64,000 nt of DNA, from assembly GCA_965178125.1 (NCBI GenBank), contig OZ237767.1, positions 62,001 to 126,000 on the forward strand, written 5' to 3'. The notes below the pieces were generated by a model, which was given only the letters and a program-made list of their open reading frames with translations, was not told the DNA's origin and searched no databases. Source of the stretch: Bilabrum cf. latius (Eukaryota). Of this stretch, positions 12,932 to 25,839 are shown piece after piece. A program made the translations under genes and the position numbers. Each line of letters opens with the position of its first letter. Position 1 is the stretch's first letter.

Positions 12932-13604
12932 TCAAGCCATGGGGGCTGCCAGCTGTGCTGCTTCTCCGTGGAGGTTCTGCACATCTAGAGCTCCCACCGC
13001 AGGTGCTGGGGGATGTATAAGACCGGCATGGTCAGGGTCAAGGCCGTCTGCCTCGTCCCCAGCGTCTCCAACCCCTCCAGCTGGTAGCACTCCTGCCGGG
13101 TTCGCTGCCTGCACTACCTCCGCTTGTGCTGCCGCTTGCGCCGCCTCGGGGGCCATAGCTCCTGCTGGACCCGCTCCCTGCACCACTCTCGCTTCCCGTA
13201 GCCCTGACATGTTCCGCACCTTAAGGTTGAATTGAATCGTGCGGCATGCGCTCAGCATGGAAACTCCTTTGGCGATCACTCGCGCCCAGATACTGACCTG
13301 GGCCTCCACCGACCTGCTGCGGGCCACCCCCAGCCTCTTGCGTCGGATTCGGGCCAACAGGCGCTGCAGTCCGCGTGCCCCGTCGCCCAAGCGTCCTGTC
13401 GGCAGGACAACAAAGTCCTGGAAAACGACCTGGTTCCTGTTCTTGATGGACCTGACCCTCTCCGCGGCCGTTCCAGGTGCCCTTCGCCCTCCCATCAACC
13501 GATGGGGATGGATGGCCTCATTGATCTCTTACCACTTCCTCCCGGCTGCTCGTGCTCCCGCTGCTTCGTCCTGAGTGGGGTCGGATCATTGATCCGACCC
13601 CACT
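12932..13604 (-). mobile_element. RLE-like retroelement C-terminal fragment
   Basis: VVFQDFVVLPTGRLGDGARGLQRLLARIRR..RSVEAQVSIWAR is homologous to 27958-28650 (IFRDFVVLHTGKLGTGAWKVLEELARIRR..KSVDAQVRTWAR). Ala/Gly-rich tail; TGA stop. Confidence 0.55.
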
Positions 13605-13894
13605 GGTGCACCAGGGAAGTGCCTGTCCCCATTATCCTACCTCCTGTTGATCTGAGACAGTCCGCACTTGGCATGCGGGTCAAAAAAAGAAGGAAGGAAG
13701 GAAATTCTGGTTTAAGATGCAATTCACGATAATGTAACAAACACACAACCCGAAAATCCGAGTAACTACTCGTACTGTGCGGTAGAACACCTAACATAGT
13801 AAAAGCAGAAATCCAAACAGGCGGGTTGTTGCGGGACAAGCCCTCGCACCCAACCACAGCGGTCGCTGTGGCACCGGTATCCCCCAAAACTGCT

Positions 13895-15931
13895 TTAGTA
13901 TCTGGGGAACGCGAACGGTGAGGGGCAGATCGCGATTGATGCTGCCTGCACCGTCAATGTTTCAGGGCGCCGCCACCACGCACGTCGGCGTGATAGAGTG
14001 GCCATGAATTCGTCTCTGAGTCGTGAGGTGGTAAATGCTGCCGAGGCGAGCCGAACTGTCCATGCCTTGTCGAGTCGGCGTTCTAGTCGTCTGAGCACCT
14101 TGCGCTAGGTAGAGCCAGAGGACCACGATCCAATGTTTGTCTCCACCCCGGGTATCTGACAGGAGATAGCCAGCGGTAAGGGTATTCCCAGGGAAAGTGC
14201 CTTGCGGCGAACAGTCGGAGGCTCCTCAAGGAAGGCTTGTACAGCTGCAATCTGCGGGCAAGTAGTGTCCAGCTCCGGATTCCTTGCGAGGAAGTGTCGA
14301 ATGAGACGTCTCAAAGACCACGTACTGCGGCGATCCACCTCACTCAGCTTCTCCCGGATTGTGGGTTCATTCGCGAGCCATGGGTCCGTGCTTGTCACGC
14401 TGTTGATCCACATTTTCCTGCCTGCCTCAGTGGCCTGCCATGGGATTGTTGAAGCGTTGTGCAGGGACTCTGCTTGCGTCATGCATTCCAGGACGTGTTC
14501 CTTGGTCTTGTCCGAGGCACTGCAGGCCCTAGGGTAGTATCCTGTCAGTCTTCGGAGGAGGCGACGAGAATCAGCTCCCGGCAGTCCCGTACGTACCGTT
14601 CGTGGGATGCATTTTGGACCAAACCATTGTGCATGGGAGACTCCAAGTAGGTCGCATAGTCCCGCACGCCTTCCACCTGGGTGTTTATCGAAGAACCTTG
14701 CGTACTTTTCGGCATGCGAGCTTGTCTCGTGCATTTTCGGGCACTGTCTATCCAGACTGCGATGGTGCAGCACGGCCTTGAAGCTCTCGGTATGGACCGC
14801 TCGGTCTGTCTTGGTGGTTGTCCTTAGATTGAGCACCTACAGGGCATTGCCATGTGTCTGCACGAGAATGGCTGCCATGTTTCTGAGGGGCCCACATGGA
14901 AGGTTGGTCCCCTAGATTTCGTTCGTTTCCATCAACTTCCACAGTGAGTATCTAATGAGGTCGAAGGAGTCCTCACTGATCCGGTCCACTGCTGCCCGGT
15001 ATGTAGCGAGATCCGCTCTTGTCAGGGCGCTCGGTGCCCAGATGAAGTGTCGGAGCATGGTGGCCCCAAGGAACATGGTGTCCACACGTTGTGGGCGTTC
15101 ACAGCCTATGCCGGAGGCAATGGCATGGCGGGCGGTGTCCAGAGTTTTCTGAATCCTGCTGATAGCCTTGCTGTTGTACCTTGGCTTGTAGTTGTGTGAG
15201 CCGTCCTTCTTCGTACCAGTTTGCTAGTCCTTGTAAGATTCTGGTCTTCGCACCTCGAGGGGGTCCGTGCACGCGGCCACCGCGTGGATGCCGTCTAGGG
15301 CAGTTCCCACTACTGCTTGGAAGAGGATGGTGGAGAACTGCTCGATGCTCCAGCCGCTGTTGATTGCAGCGTTGGATATTCTCTTGATGCTGGTCTCAGC
15401 CATCGCGCAGCGCCTATGCACGTGCGGCATGAGGTCAAGCAGCCGCAGTGTCTCTTGGGATCCATCGGTATGGTTCACTTCCACCGGCTTGGTAGAGATG
15501 AGGACGCCTAGGTAGTCGTATGAGAGCACCATCGGAATCTCTTCGAAGACGGGCGTGAGTTGGGCTGGGTTCAGGCCTTTCGCATTCAGTTCTTCCAGTG
15601 CCTGCTTCTGGTCCTCGATGGAGATAGCAGTCGCTCCCGAGCGGACTTGGTCCTCCGCGAGTCCGAATGAGTTGAATGCTCTACCTGTGGCAAGGATGGC
15701 CGTCTTGCTTCCCTTGCCGTTCTTGGGCTTTCGATACCCGAGCTTTCCCCCGGACAGTTCGTGATTGAGTTGTGCGGCGACCGTAGCGATAGCAGCGCCT
15801 CGCTTGTCTTGCACAATGGCTCTTTCATCATCTGCGTAGGACACCAAGGTATCTTCCGCATTGTTCGGGGGTGGTGCTCCTGATACCAGTGGCGGGATGT
15901 CCACGTCCGCCTGGATCGGGCAGGGTGTCAA
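13895..15931 (-). mobile_element. 5'-truncated non-LTR retrotransposon reverse transcriptase ORF
   Basis: SYADD catalytic motif, YDYLGVLI motif and a C-terminal C..KEHVLEC knuckle-like motif. Three track ORFs share one frame and are joined by four TAGs; the frame ends at TAA 13895-13897. Truncated at the duplication breakpoint near 15930. Confidence 0.85.
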
Positions 15932-16059
15932 CTGTTTGCTCGCGAACGCTCAGCTAACCAATTTGTAAGGCTATATTTCATGATTTTAGAATTACAGTTT
16001 TCTGTTGCGACCATTGATGATCATTAACCAACAGGCAGCAAACACAACTGAACACCACC

Positions 16060-19000
16060 ATGAAGTACCCAACTCCGATGATTCTGGCTATTTTGTGTCT
16101 GGCAACTGCTGTGGCAACTAGCGATGGGGCTCGCCACAATCGCCAATTAAACAAGCTCACGCGGATTGAAAGCCAGCACGAGGCCACAATACTCCATGCT
16201 GATGCGGGCTCAACAACATTGAGCTAGTTTGGTGGCTTCGATTTCGAGAACTATCGCAATGTTCGATTCGATGCTATGGACATTGCTGTTACATCAGACG
16301 GTGTAGTCCTTTCTGGCCCAGTCTCCTTCACTGGCGGACGAGACGCAAAATGCGTCATCAGCGCCATTGCAACATCCGCGAATGACGTTTCGAAAGCTGC
16401 TACTATACTGCTATAGACAGTTAAACGCCTGGATCAGGCAACTGGTGCAGTGGGACTGGCCTCGTCGACACAGTCCTCTCAAATTACCACAGCACCCGGT
16501 AAGTCCCACTTGAACAGTCATTGTCAAAACTGGCACCAACACTCACCCCACTATGTAACGACAGATACAAATAAGGATAAATTGAATTAAGTCAAAAGTA
16601 TCGCCTTGGAATTTGCTCGCAGGCACTCAAAGTGCGACCGTACTTGGCGCAGCTCGACGAGCCGTGCAAGAAGGCCACCCTGACCATGATGCCACAATGA
16701 TTGTGGTCGAGGCCATCAACCAGTGCATTCAAGCCAGATCTCATGCCGCGCTTCAAGTTGGACCGGTAGATCCGATGGCTGTGCATGGTGCCCCCGGCCC
16801 GACAGGGACCAGCACTCTCGCAGCGCGAGCAGCCGGTCCTTCGAGTCGCAGCGTCGATGAGGAGTCGAGTGGCAAGGGTCCTATGGCCGCTGCAGGATCT
16901 GTAGACCCTGTATCCCGCGGTGATGCTCCCTCTTACAGCCCCACTGAAGGAGCAGGTGGCCAAGGTGGATCTGCAGGGCCGCAGAGTCAATCTTTGTACC
17001 GGCCTGGTTTCTCGGATGCAGTGGGAACAGGGCGGCCGGGTGAGGACCAGGACAAAGGTGCATCTCATGGATCTGGCCCACAGCATGCTAGCAGGGGCAT
17101 GTCCGTGGACTGGACTGGTCCTGACATCCGGATCGACGAAGCGCGCCGTGATGGGTCTCCTGGTTCCGGTTCTTCTGGTGAGACGAGACAGAGCAGTACG
17201 TCGCTTGGATCTGGCGCCCACACCGTTTCGCTACAACCCGGTCATGGTCAACCTCCGAGCGTACCAGGAGGCGACCCACCAGCTGTGCATGTGAGTCATG
17301 GTGCGTCAGGGGGGACAAGCAGGGCGGACATGGTTTCACAGGCCAACCGGGTTACGGCGATGCGGCTGACCATCTCCAAGCTGCGGCATAGCAAGTAGAC
17401 CAATGGCAACACTAGTACCAGCCTCAGCAAGGCACCCCTCCTGCTCCGGGTGCGAATGTACCCCCAAATGCGCCCCCACCTACCGAATGGGACTCGATAC
17501 CGGCATCACAAATGACGCGGCGCACCATTGGGGCAGCGCTCGCAGACGCGGGCCAAGCGGCTAGGAACGGTCGAGTCGACAGGTCGACCTCGCCAGACCT
17601 GCGCCAATGGGGCACAGCCACTTGGCTTGATGAAGATAACAAGGCACCTGATCTCAAGGAATGGTCTTCGCTTGTACCCCAGGAAAGCACCGAATCTTCA
17701 TTCGAGAATCTTGCGGATGCACCTGACGCTGTGCAGGACCTGCAGCACGCGCTTGACGGGTCTGATACGAGCTCTGAGGCCTCACAGGACAGCGTGCACT
17801 CAGACCATGCAAGGGGTTCGCATTCAGGCGAGCGGCTGAAATCTGGGCGAGGAACCGGAGAGGTAGATGCGATGGACTAAAACTCTCAAAGAGCTCCTCA
17901 GACGGATGGGTCTGCACCTGCGACCCTGCACCCGGTTGTCCTGAGAGGAAACAGCATCGCGACTCAGGCCACCGCAGCTCAGCAGCATGCATCCGGTCAA
18001 CAGTCACCAGACTGGGGCAGTGCACCGGACCTGAGCATGGGCATGGGCATGGGCATGCCAGGTCTTCCTGGACTCAACTCCGAGAAGGAGGGGGAGGAGG
18101 AGGACAAGGACTCATCTGAGGCCATGCAAGACTAGAGCTCCGCGTCGACAAGGCCTATTTCAGGCGGCAGCACCTAGCAAGCAGCTGCCCAAAGCTCATT
18201 ACCAGCACAGGCTGTGCTGGGATCCGCACGAATGGGGGTGCTTCCACCAAGCAATCTCTCGCACCAGGCCAAATCAAGCAGCAGTGATCACGGTTGGCTC
18301 GTGCAGACCCAATCGCAGGGGCGGGGTCCTGACGATACCAACTCTCCTCCTGAGGGCGAAGCTCGCGTAGGATCCGACCCTGGCCAGGCCCCCTCAAGCG
18401 ATCATCGCGAGGTCGAAGCTCAAGAGGAGCACGAAGGATCCGGCCCCGACCAGACCCAGACCCACTCCCGCTCCCATCGTGAGGGCGAAGCTCAAGAGAA
18501 GCACGAAGGATCCGGCCCTGGCCAGGCCCCCTCAAGCGATCATCGTGACGGCGAAGCTCAAGAGGAGCACGAAGGATCCGGCCCCGACCAGACCCAGACC
18601 CACTCCCGCTCCCATCGTGAGGGCGAAGCTCAAGAGAAGCACGAAGGATCCGGCCCTGGCCAGGCCCCCTCAAGCGATCATCGTGACGGCGAAGCTCAAG
18701 AGGAGCACGAAGGATCCGGCCCCGACCAGACCCAGACCCACTCCCGCTCCCATCGTGAGGGCGAAGCTCAAGAGGAGCACGAAGGATCCGGCCCTGGCCA
18801 GGCCCCCTCAAGCGATCATCGTGACGGCGAAGCTCAAGAGGAGCACGAAGGATCCGGCCCCGACCAGACCCAGACCCACTCCCTCTCCCATCGTGAGGGC
18901 GAAGCTCAAGAGGAGCACGAAGGATCCGGCCCCGACCAGGCCCCCTCAAGCGATCATCGTGAGGGCGAAGCTCAAGAGGAGCACGAAGGATCCGGCCCCG

Positions 19001-19782
19001 ACCAGACCCAGACCCACTCCCTCTCCCATCGTGACGGCGAAGCTCAAGACGAGCACGAAGGATCCGGCCCCGACCAGACCCAGACCCACTCCCGCTCCCA
19101 TCGTGAGGGCGAAGCTCAAGAGGAGCACGAAGGATCCGGCCCCGACCAGACCCAGACCCACTCCCTCTCCCATCGTGAGGGCGAAGCTCAAGAGGAGCAC
19201 GAAGGATCCGGCCCCGACCAGACCCAGACCCACTCCCGCTCCCATCGTGAGGGCGAAGCTCAAGAGGAGCACGAAGGATCCGGCCCCGACCAGGCCCCCT
19301 CAAGCGATCATCGTGAGGGCGAAGTTCAAGAGGAGCACGAAGGATCCGGCCCCGACCAGACCCAGACCCACTCCCTCTCCCATCGTGACGGCGAAGCTCA
19401 AGACGAGCACGAAGGATCCGGCCCCGACCAGGCCCCCTCAAGCGATCATCGTGAGGGCGAAGCTCAAGAGGAGCACGAAGGATCCGGCCCCGACCAGACC
19501 CAGACCCACTCCCTCTCCCATCGTGAGGGCGAAGCTCAAGACGAGCACGAAGGATCCGGCCCCGACCAGACCCAGACCCACTCCCGCTCCCATCGTGACG
19601 GCGAAGCTCAAGAGGAGCACGAAGGATCCGGCCGTGACCAGACCCAGACCCACTCCCGCTCCCATCGTGAGGGCGAAGTTCAAGAGGAGCACGAAGGATC
19701 TGACCCTGGCCAGGTGCATTCTCCTGGTGGGTTGCGAGGTAGGCATGGGCGCCCCCGCGATGATCGTAAAGACGGTCAATGA
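16060..19782 (+). pseudogene. Secreted low-complexity His/Glu/Asp repeat protein (family C, copy 1); 1-nt frameshift near 17341
   Basis: Signal peptide MKYPTPMILAILCLATAVATS, intron 16499-16622 and in-frame TAGs. It reads cacaggcc where copy 2 reads cacagggcc (a real deletion or a sequencing error). Ends at TGA. Confidence 0.6.
18346..19713 (+). repeat. Coding tandem array of about 20 units of 66 or 72 nt
   Basis: Units encode HREGEAQEEHEGSGPDQTQTHSRS (24 aa) or HRDGEAQEEHEGSGPGQAPSSD (22 aa). Confidence 0.95.
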
Positions 19783-21435
19783 TGGGGCTCAATTGATCCA
19801 CATATGATCCATACGGATATCACTCTCCCGATTAGGCTTCTTGGAGCTGGCTGCGAGTTGCCTCGCTTTGGTCGGCTGGACTTCAGTGGCCTGATTTTAT
19901 GCTGCTTGCTTTGCTATAGGATCAGAAGGAGTATCGCTAATCTACCACAGTGCCACAGACTGGTCGATTCCTCCCTCACCCCTCATTCCTCATATACCAC
20001 CTATCATCCAAGGATCCCTCAGAATGGCGGTATTCTGTCAGTCCAATCTCAGCGCATACACCATCAGAATTTGTTTGATATGTCTTGCATCCGGGATCGC
20101 ATTTATTCCCCCGCCCTTGGTCTGCTCCGTGCGGTACTGGGCATGCAGCCTAAAGTCACTCGTGTTTTGCCTGGCCTTTGCACGACGCCTAGAGACCCAC
20201 CTCATACCTCGATGTAGGTCCGTTGACATCGTCGCATGTGCCGGTTTCACCGATGCTGTCTCCACCTCGTTTTGGTCGGAGTCTGCAGAATGCCTTGGGT
20301 TGTACCAGTCAAATGATTCGTAGTCACCAAATCCAGTTTTTGCGTAGTATGATAGGCGCGACATTCGCAACAAGCAGACTCTAGGTTTTGGCAGTGGCTG
20401 GCCCAAAACGCCTTTAGCCGTTTTCCCCTCTCATATCCATTGACCCAGGCAGATTTAATGCCTCTTCCTTTCGAAAACACTCACGGTTCTACGGTAGCTA
20501 CACAGGGACTTTTTGTTTCAGTCACATAATGTCACAAGTGACTGGCGGTATCCGCACTCCGGCATTGACGGATAACAGGCAGATCCGCAGAGTTCGCTTC
20601 ACCTCGCAGGCTCTGCACCCGCATTTATGGTGTAGATCTAGGGCTACTCGACTGCACAATAGCATTCGCTCGAGCCTGAGCTCGCCGGTTCCACTAACTT
20701 GGTGAACAGCATGGTCGCATGAAGCCTCGTTGCCTGGCAGTAGTCCTGCAATCTATCGACCACCAGCTGTGTTGTTAACCCAAGCACTTCATACTCGCGG
20801 GTTCAAGGCCTGCTATTGGGCCAGCTGTATCGCGGCTCGGTGTCGATTGGGGCAATATTGTGAGGGCCATATGGTGGTAAAAGGGCCTATGACCACTTGT
20901 GCTAGCTTTACGATTCAGCTGACATCAAGGTTTCCGAAAGTGCATAAACACTTTTTAGACAGAGTACTCGATGATAGTCTTTAAGTTGCGAGTCAACTTG
21001 CGACCAGGGTGCCGGATCCGGAATCCGGATCTATTCATCACGGAAGCTCACCTGAGGTGAGGCAGGGGGTGAGAGGAGCTCAGGGGTAGTTGTGCGCTTG
21101 TGGTGTCCATCAGCACATCCCGGATTGGTAGAACCAGACGCTGGAGCTTTTTGGCTAGATAGCTTGGAAAAAAATAATATCCATTACGGTATAAAAGGAT
21201 GCGTACGTACACGCAGCATCAACACATTAAGTATCTGGATTATGCACCCATTTCACCGGGCGAAACTATCGTTAGATACGGTAGGGATTCAAAACCAACA
21301 CGCAAAAACAAGCCGCTGTTTGGAGTAAGTAACCGCTACTGGAAGGGTCTCCATGATGACTTGATGTAGGCAAAAGTGCAGCACCTGCTCGGTACCGTTC
21401 ATGAATCGCAAACCCTTGTGTCACGCACTTGGACC

Positions 21436-23670
21436 TTACCCTTGGAACGAGTCCATCATCTCGCCGACATCTTGCTGCCCCCCTTGCAGCCCAGATTTCC
21501 TCGCGACTGCCAGCACCCCGTCGTCCGATGGGCTGTCCGAGACTGGCACGGACACTTTGGTCTCCACCGTGGTGTTTGTTCCCCGGGGAACAGTGGCAGG
21601 GTCAAGCTCTGCCACCACCCGCACGACGATCGGCCCCCCCGAGGGGCACGCGACCCCTGTTCCCTGGCCCGCGATGAGCGTCCTGGCCCCCGAGTCCACG
21701 TCGATCTGCATGGATAGCGCGCGGTTGGGGGTCGTGCAGTCGGCCGTGACCTGCACCAGCACCCTCGCCAGCCCGCCGTAGGTCCCGCAGGACTCGCTGC
21801 CCGGCTGGCACTTGCAGGCCGGGTCTCCGCTGCCCACGCCCAGCACGCGCCCGGGCCCCGACTCGATCGTGGCGCTGACGTTGGCAACCGCCGTGCTCCT
21901 CAAGCTGCCCTGCCCGTCGGCGAGCATGACCCGGAGCAAGGCAGTGTCCTCCCCGTCAAGTAGCAGGGCACTGCCGGTCCCCGAGGCGGGGCTGGGAACG
22001 TCTGTAATACCCATAAGTAGCGTGTCATTTCCAGAAGGCGCGAGGACGGTGTGCCGGGACTCCACGGTGCTGCCGTCCCCGGCCAGGCCCAGCACAGTGA
22101 GGTTCGCGATCGTGTTGCCCGGTGCCATGGGCCTGCCCCCACCGACCCAGGGGCCCTGTGCGCTGGGCCCGCACTGGTTCTGCTGCACGTTGCCGGCCCA
22201 GCAGCCGTGCGTGTCGGACCACTGCCACACGGTGCAGCCGGGAAGCTCGCAGCACTGCGTCCTGCACGTGGCCGTGCCGTTGGCGTCGTCGATCTTCTTC
22301 AGGCCGTGGCACTGCACGTTCGACAGGTTCGTAGGGAACACGCACTGGCTTGGGACTGGCTCGACAGGCACATGCCAGCTGGACATCTGCACCTAGTCTG
22401 GGTACGTCTGGCTGGCCGTGGGCAGCTTGCCCATGCTCTTCCCGTCTGCGAGGAGCTCCGCGATGGCACTCGTGCTGATGGCCCGGACGTTTGCCACGAC
22501 TCCTCCACTGATTGACCCGGGCTCTATGGCGAGCTGGTCGGGCAGGTCCAAGACCCTGGTCAAGTTAGCGGGAGGCTGCAGCGGCTTGCCCGGGTCCGTG
22601 CTAGGCCGCTTGTGGAGCCAGTTGGCCCTGTACCAGAACGCGTGCGGCTTGGGCATCCCTGCGATGTCGAACTGGCCGTACGGACTGCTCACCTGCGGCC
22701 AGCTGTGAGACTCGCCGTAGTAATCGAAGCTGGTCCAGACCCCGAGGGAGCCGAGCACGTAGGGAAGCAGGCCAGGCGAGTTCTGGTCCTCGATGCAGTC
22801 GGGCAGCATGCGGCTCCCCGACGGCAATCTCTGGCTGGTGCAGGAACAGCACTCTGAGAGCACCTAAGGAACACCGGGGTGGTCCTGGTGGAAGCTCGCG
22901 AAGGTCTTGTTCCCCGAATGGGAGTGTCCCTGGACGTCGATTCCGTCCGTGTTTCCGTTGGCAGCAGTGAGCAGGTGAGGGGCAAGCGCCTTGGAGACGT
23001 TCCTGAAGGAGAGGCCCGTGGTTGGCTCGCCGCTCCCGCACGCGTACTCGTTGCAGTACCCGGCCATCACGATGGAGGGCCTGTTCCTGTCTCTCTTCAC
23101 CATGGCGTGCATGCCAGGGAGGTAGCTGAACCCCTGCACCCCGAACGGCGCCTCATTGCTTGACGGCCCGAACACTCCATAGTCCCTGTGCTCGTCCCAC
23201 ATGACCATCCCGATCCTGTCGGTCAGCTGGTACAGCTCCCGCCGGTAGGGGTTGTGTGAATTCCTCCAGATGTTGGCGCCCATGGCCCTGGCCTGCTGCA
23301 CCCTGTACAGCTCGAATCGGGGGGACAAGGCCGTCCCCAGCTGTGTGAAGGAGTTGTGGTGGGAGAACCCCCTGAGCTTGAAAGCCTCCCCGTTCAGGAC
23401 CAGGCCCTCCGTCAGAGAGGCAGACACAGTCCTGAACCCGACCTCCTCCGAGTACATGTCCATCGCGCCGGCGTCCTCAGGCCGTTGAGACGCGGGCAAC
23501 CCACCCATGGTGGTGGAGGGTACGACTGTGGCGTTCACTCTGTACAGCCCGAGCGTGTCGCGCACTGACCAGGCCTTCAGCACGCCGGGCGCGAGTGACA
23601 CGTTCGCGCGGAGCACGGTTGCCATGGGTCGCCAGCCGTCCAGCACCGCAACCGATCCGGCTGCGTTCGA
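21436..23670 (-). pseudogene. 5'-truncated duplicate of the GH2 gene
   Basis: Nearly identical to 36511-38741; homology stops at ...ggctgcgttcg near 23669. In-frame TAGs at 22864 and 22393. Confidence 0.85.
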
Positions 23671-23673
23671 TTT

Positions 23674-24122
23674 CGAGAACGTCTTCGCTCTATCCGTGTG
23701 TACGCATGCTGCTATTCTACTGGATATCGCTAGCGCACCAATCTGGGCGGGCGTGGATGGCGCGCTAGAGGGCCTAGCAGATTCTGGAGAGCAGCTCAAG
23801 CCTGTACGACGTTGCGGGCAGCATGCGCTCATGCAGGATTGAGCGCGATGTCATGCAGGTATCACCCCACGCTTCACCCAAGTGATATCTCCAATAAGAA
23901 CTCAGCACTGTGTTTTTGCAAAATGCGTGCATGCCTTTGCAGCATAAACTCATTCGTACAACATCAGCTGGTTGGAGCTGAACAGCCACATTCGCAAGTA
24001 TGGCTGCGTAGCAAGACAGCTACGAAATTGGTAAAAGATCTAAGGAAGAAACGTACGCGTTAATTCAGATGTACATCCATGAACAAGGTCAAACCTGGAA
24101 AGTGCAGGAGCAGGAAATCCAT
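23674..24122 (-). pseudogene. 5' stub of the family A F-box-like gene, joined out of frame to the GH2 fragment
   Basis: Matches 7223-7672, including the ATG and short intron; the sequence switches to GH2 at about 23670. Confidence 0.8.
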
Positions 24123-24520
24123 CTTGTCTAAGACGTAGACCTAATGCCTTGTCACAATCAAATTGCAGGCAACTGTTGGCTTCAATTGATACTAAGTATC
24201 AAACAGAACCTGCTTAGTGTCTCGGAATCATATAGATCAATGCTTCTTGTGCAGAACAGCACTTTCTGCCACATGATGACGATTGCAGACCACCACTCTA
24301 AACCTGTGCATTCCAACTCCACTACAACAGCCGAGTCGGCTTGAATCAGTCTATTCTGCAGAAAAGAAGCAGGCATTCAGCTTGCTTTGCGCCACCATCT
24401 TGGCTTCAGTAGCAACTACAGTTGTATCAAGCCGGACCATTGGACCGCTCTAGGCGATCCCTCTCATGAGAAAGCGACATGTGGGCTATGCATCACAACA
24501 TCAATCGATCGATGCCCGTA

Positions 24521-25839
24521 TCACACCTCTGGCAGATCCTCGCACATCATCAGAGGATCCTCACGAATCTCCCCCAGCACACCCACCGCATCCCCAACAG
24601 CCACCTCCCAGCAGCTCCTCCCACCGCCATCCCGCCGCTTCAGGTACCAGTCCGCATCCCGCACGCCGTGCGCCAGTGCTAGCACGCACCCCCCGTGACC
24701 TCCAGCACACGCAGCTGTCAGCGCGTTCCAGCCCGCCCCATCCACGGCTTCGTGCCCGCCAGCTAGCCTGCCCAGCCTCAGGCGCTTGGCTAGCTCCATG
24801 GGCCTGCCCTCGCTGGCCATCTGCATCACCAAGCCCGCGTCCCTATGCGCGTCATGGGCGTGTCTCCAGTGCAGCATGTGTCTCATCCTGCGCCGGAACG
24901 GGTTGTAGTACTGCACTCCCCATAGCTCTCGAGGGTCCACATCGCGGAAGAGCGCTTCGAGCAACTTGGGAGGGTCGTAGCCGTGCTCTTCGAGGGCCTT
25001 GGTCATGACTGGAATGAATGTGCATGGCTGCTGGTGCCTCTTAGCCATCATGCGAGGGACCCAGGGAAGCTGCTCGAGCAGGAGCGACATGTGGGTGCGA
25101 CTCTTGAATTCATGCCACTGTCCGAGGATGATGCCGGAGTGAAGAATGGCTGCAGTTCGCCTTGAGCTCGCCCACGGGTCATTATCGAACGTATATTTGA
25201 AACCTGACTCAACGAATGCGTCATGTATATAGCTGCTGCTCTGCTTTTCCTGCGCAACAAACACTCAATTTGGAACCGACACGCATTCAACTCCTTCGCG
25301 ACCGCAGTCCAGTACTTTAGCATCACACCATACTTACAGAATACATCATGAAATACTTTCTTCTGAAAAATAGCATGAGCTCGAAGGACTCCTGCTGTCC
25401 GCGAGTGAATTCGAACAAGTCAGGCATATATCCATCCCATTCCTTCTCGATTCGTCCACGATCTTCACCGTACTCTTGGACTGCCTTCATATATGCCTTC
25501 TAGCTCTCTATGAGGTGCTGTTTGTTGCACGCAAGCTCGAGCAACTCAGCAGGTGCAGCCCACACCTGCTCGGCCATCATGAGATTATACTAGTACTGGT
25601 CCCCACGAATGCTCTGCGCGGTCTACAGGCAGTCTCAATCTCGATAATAGTGGATGTTTGCATTGTACATAATGCAAACTTTCCGCTGATAAACATACCG
25701 AATCTTGCAGTAGAAGCCGGCTTGCCGGTCGGCAGCAAACGATTAGCAACTCAATGGACTGAGGCAATTTGTGGGCATCCCTACCGCTAGCCTCAACAAT
25801 GTTTGAAATGGAAGAACACCTTTTGGCAAACGGATTCAT
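24521..25839 (-). CDS. Family B copy 2
   Basis: Paralog of 8063-9383; CAG at 25028-25030 where copy 1 has TAG; TGA stop. Confidence 0.55.

Noticed and set aside
18155-19807. Long alternative-frame and antisense ORFs over the repeat array (548 aa and 442 aa; likewise 31592-32590)
   Set aside because: They are by-products of a stop-free 66/72-nt repeat; only the His/Glu frame connects to the signal-peptide exon.
21430-21440. GGGTAAG at the GH2 3' end as a splice donor rather than a TAA stop
   Set aside because: The full-length copy reads GGATAAG (no GT) at the same position, so TAA is the conserved terminator.
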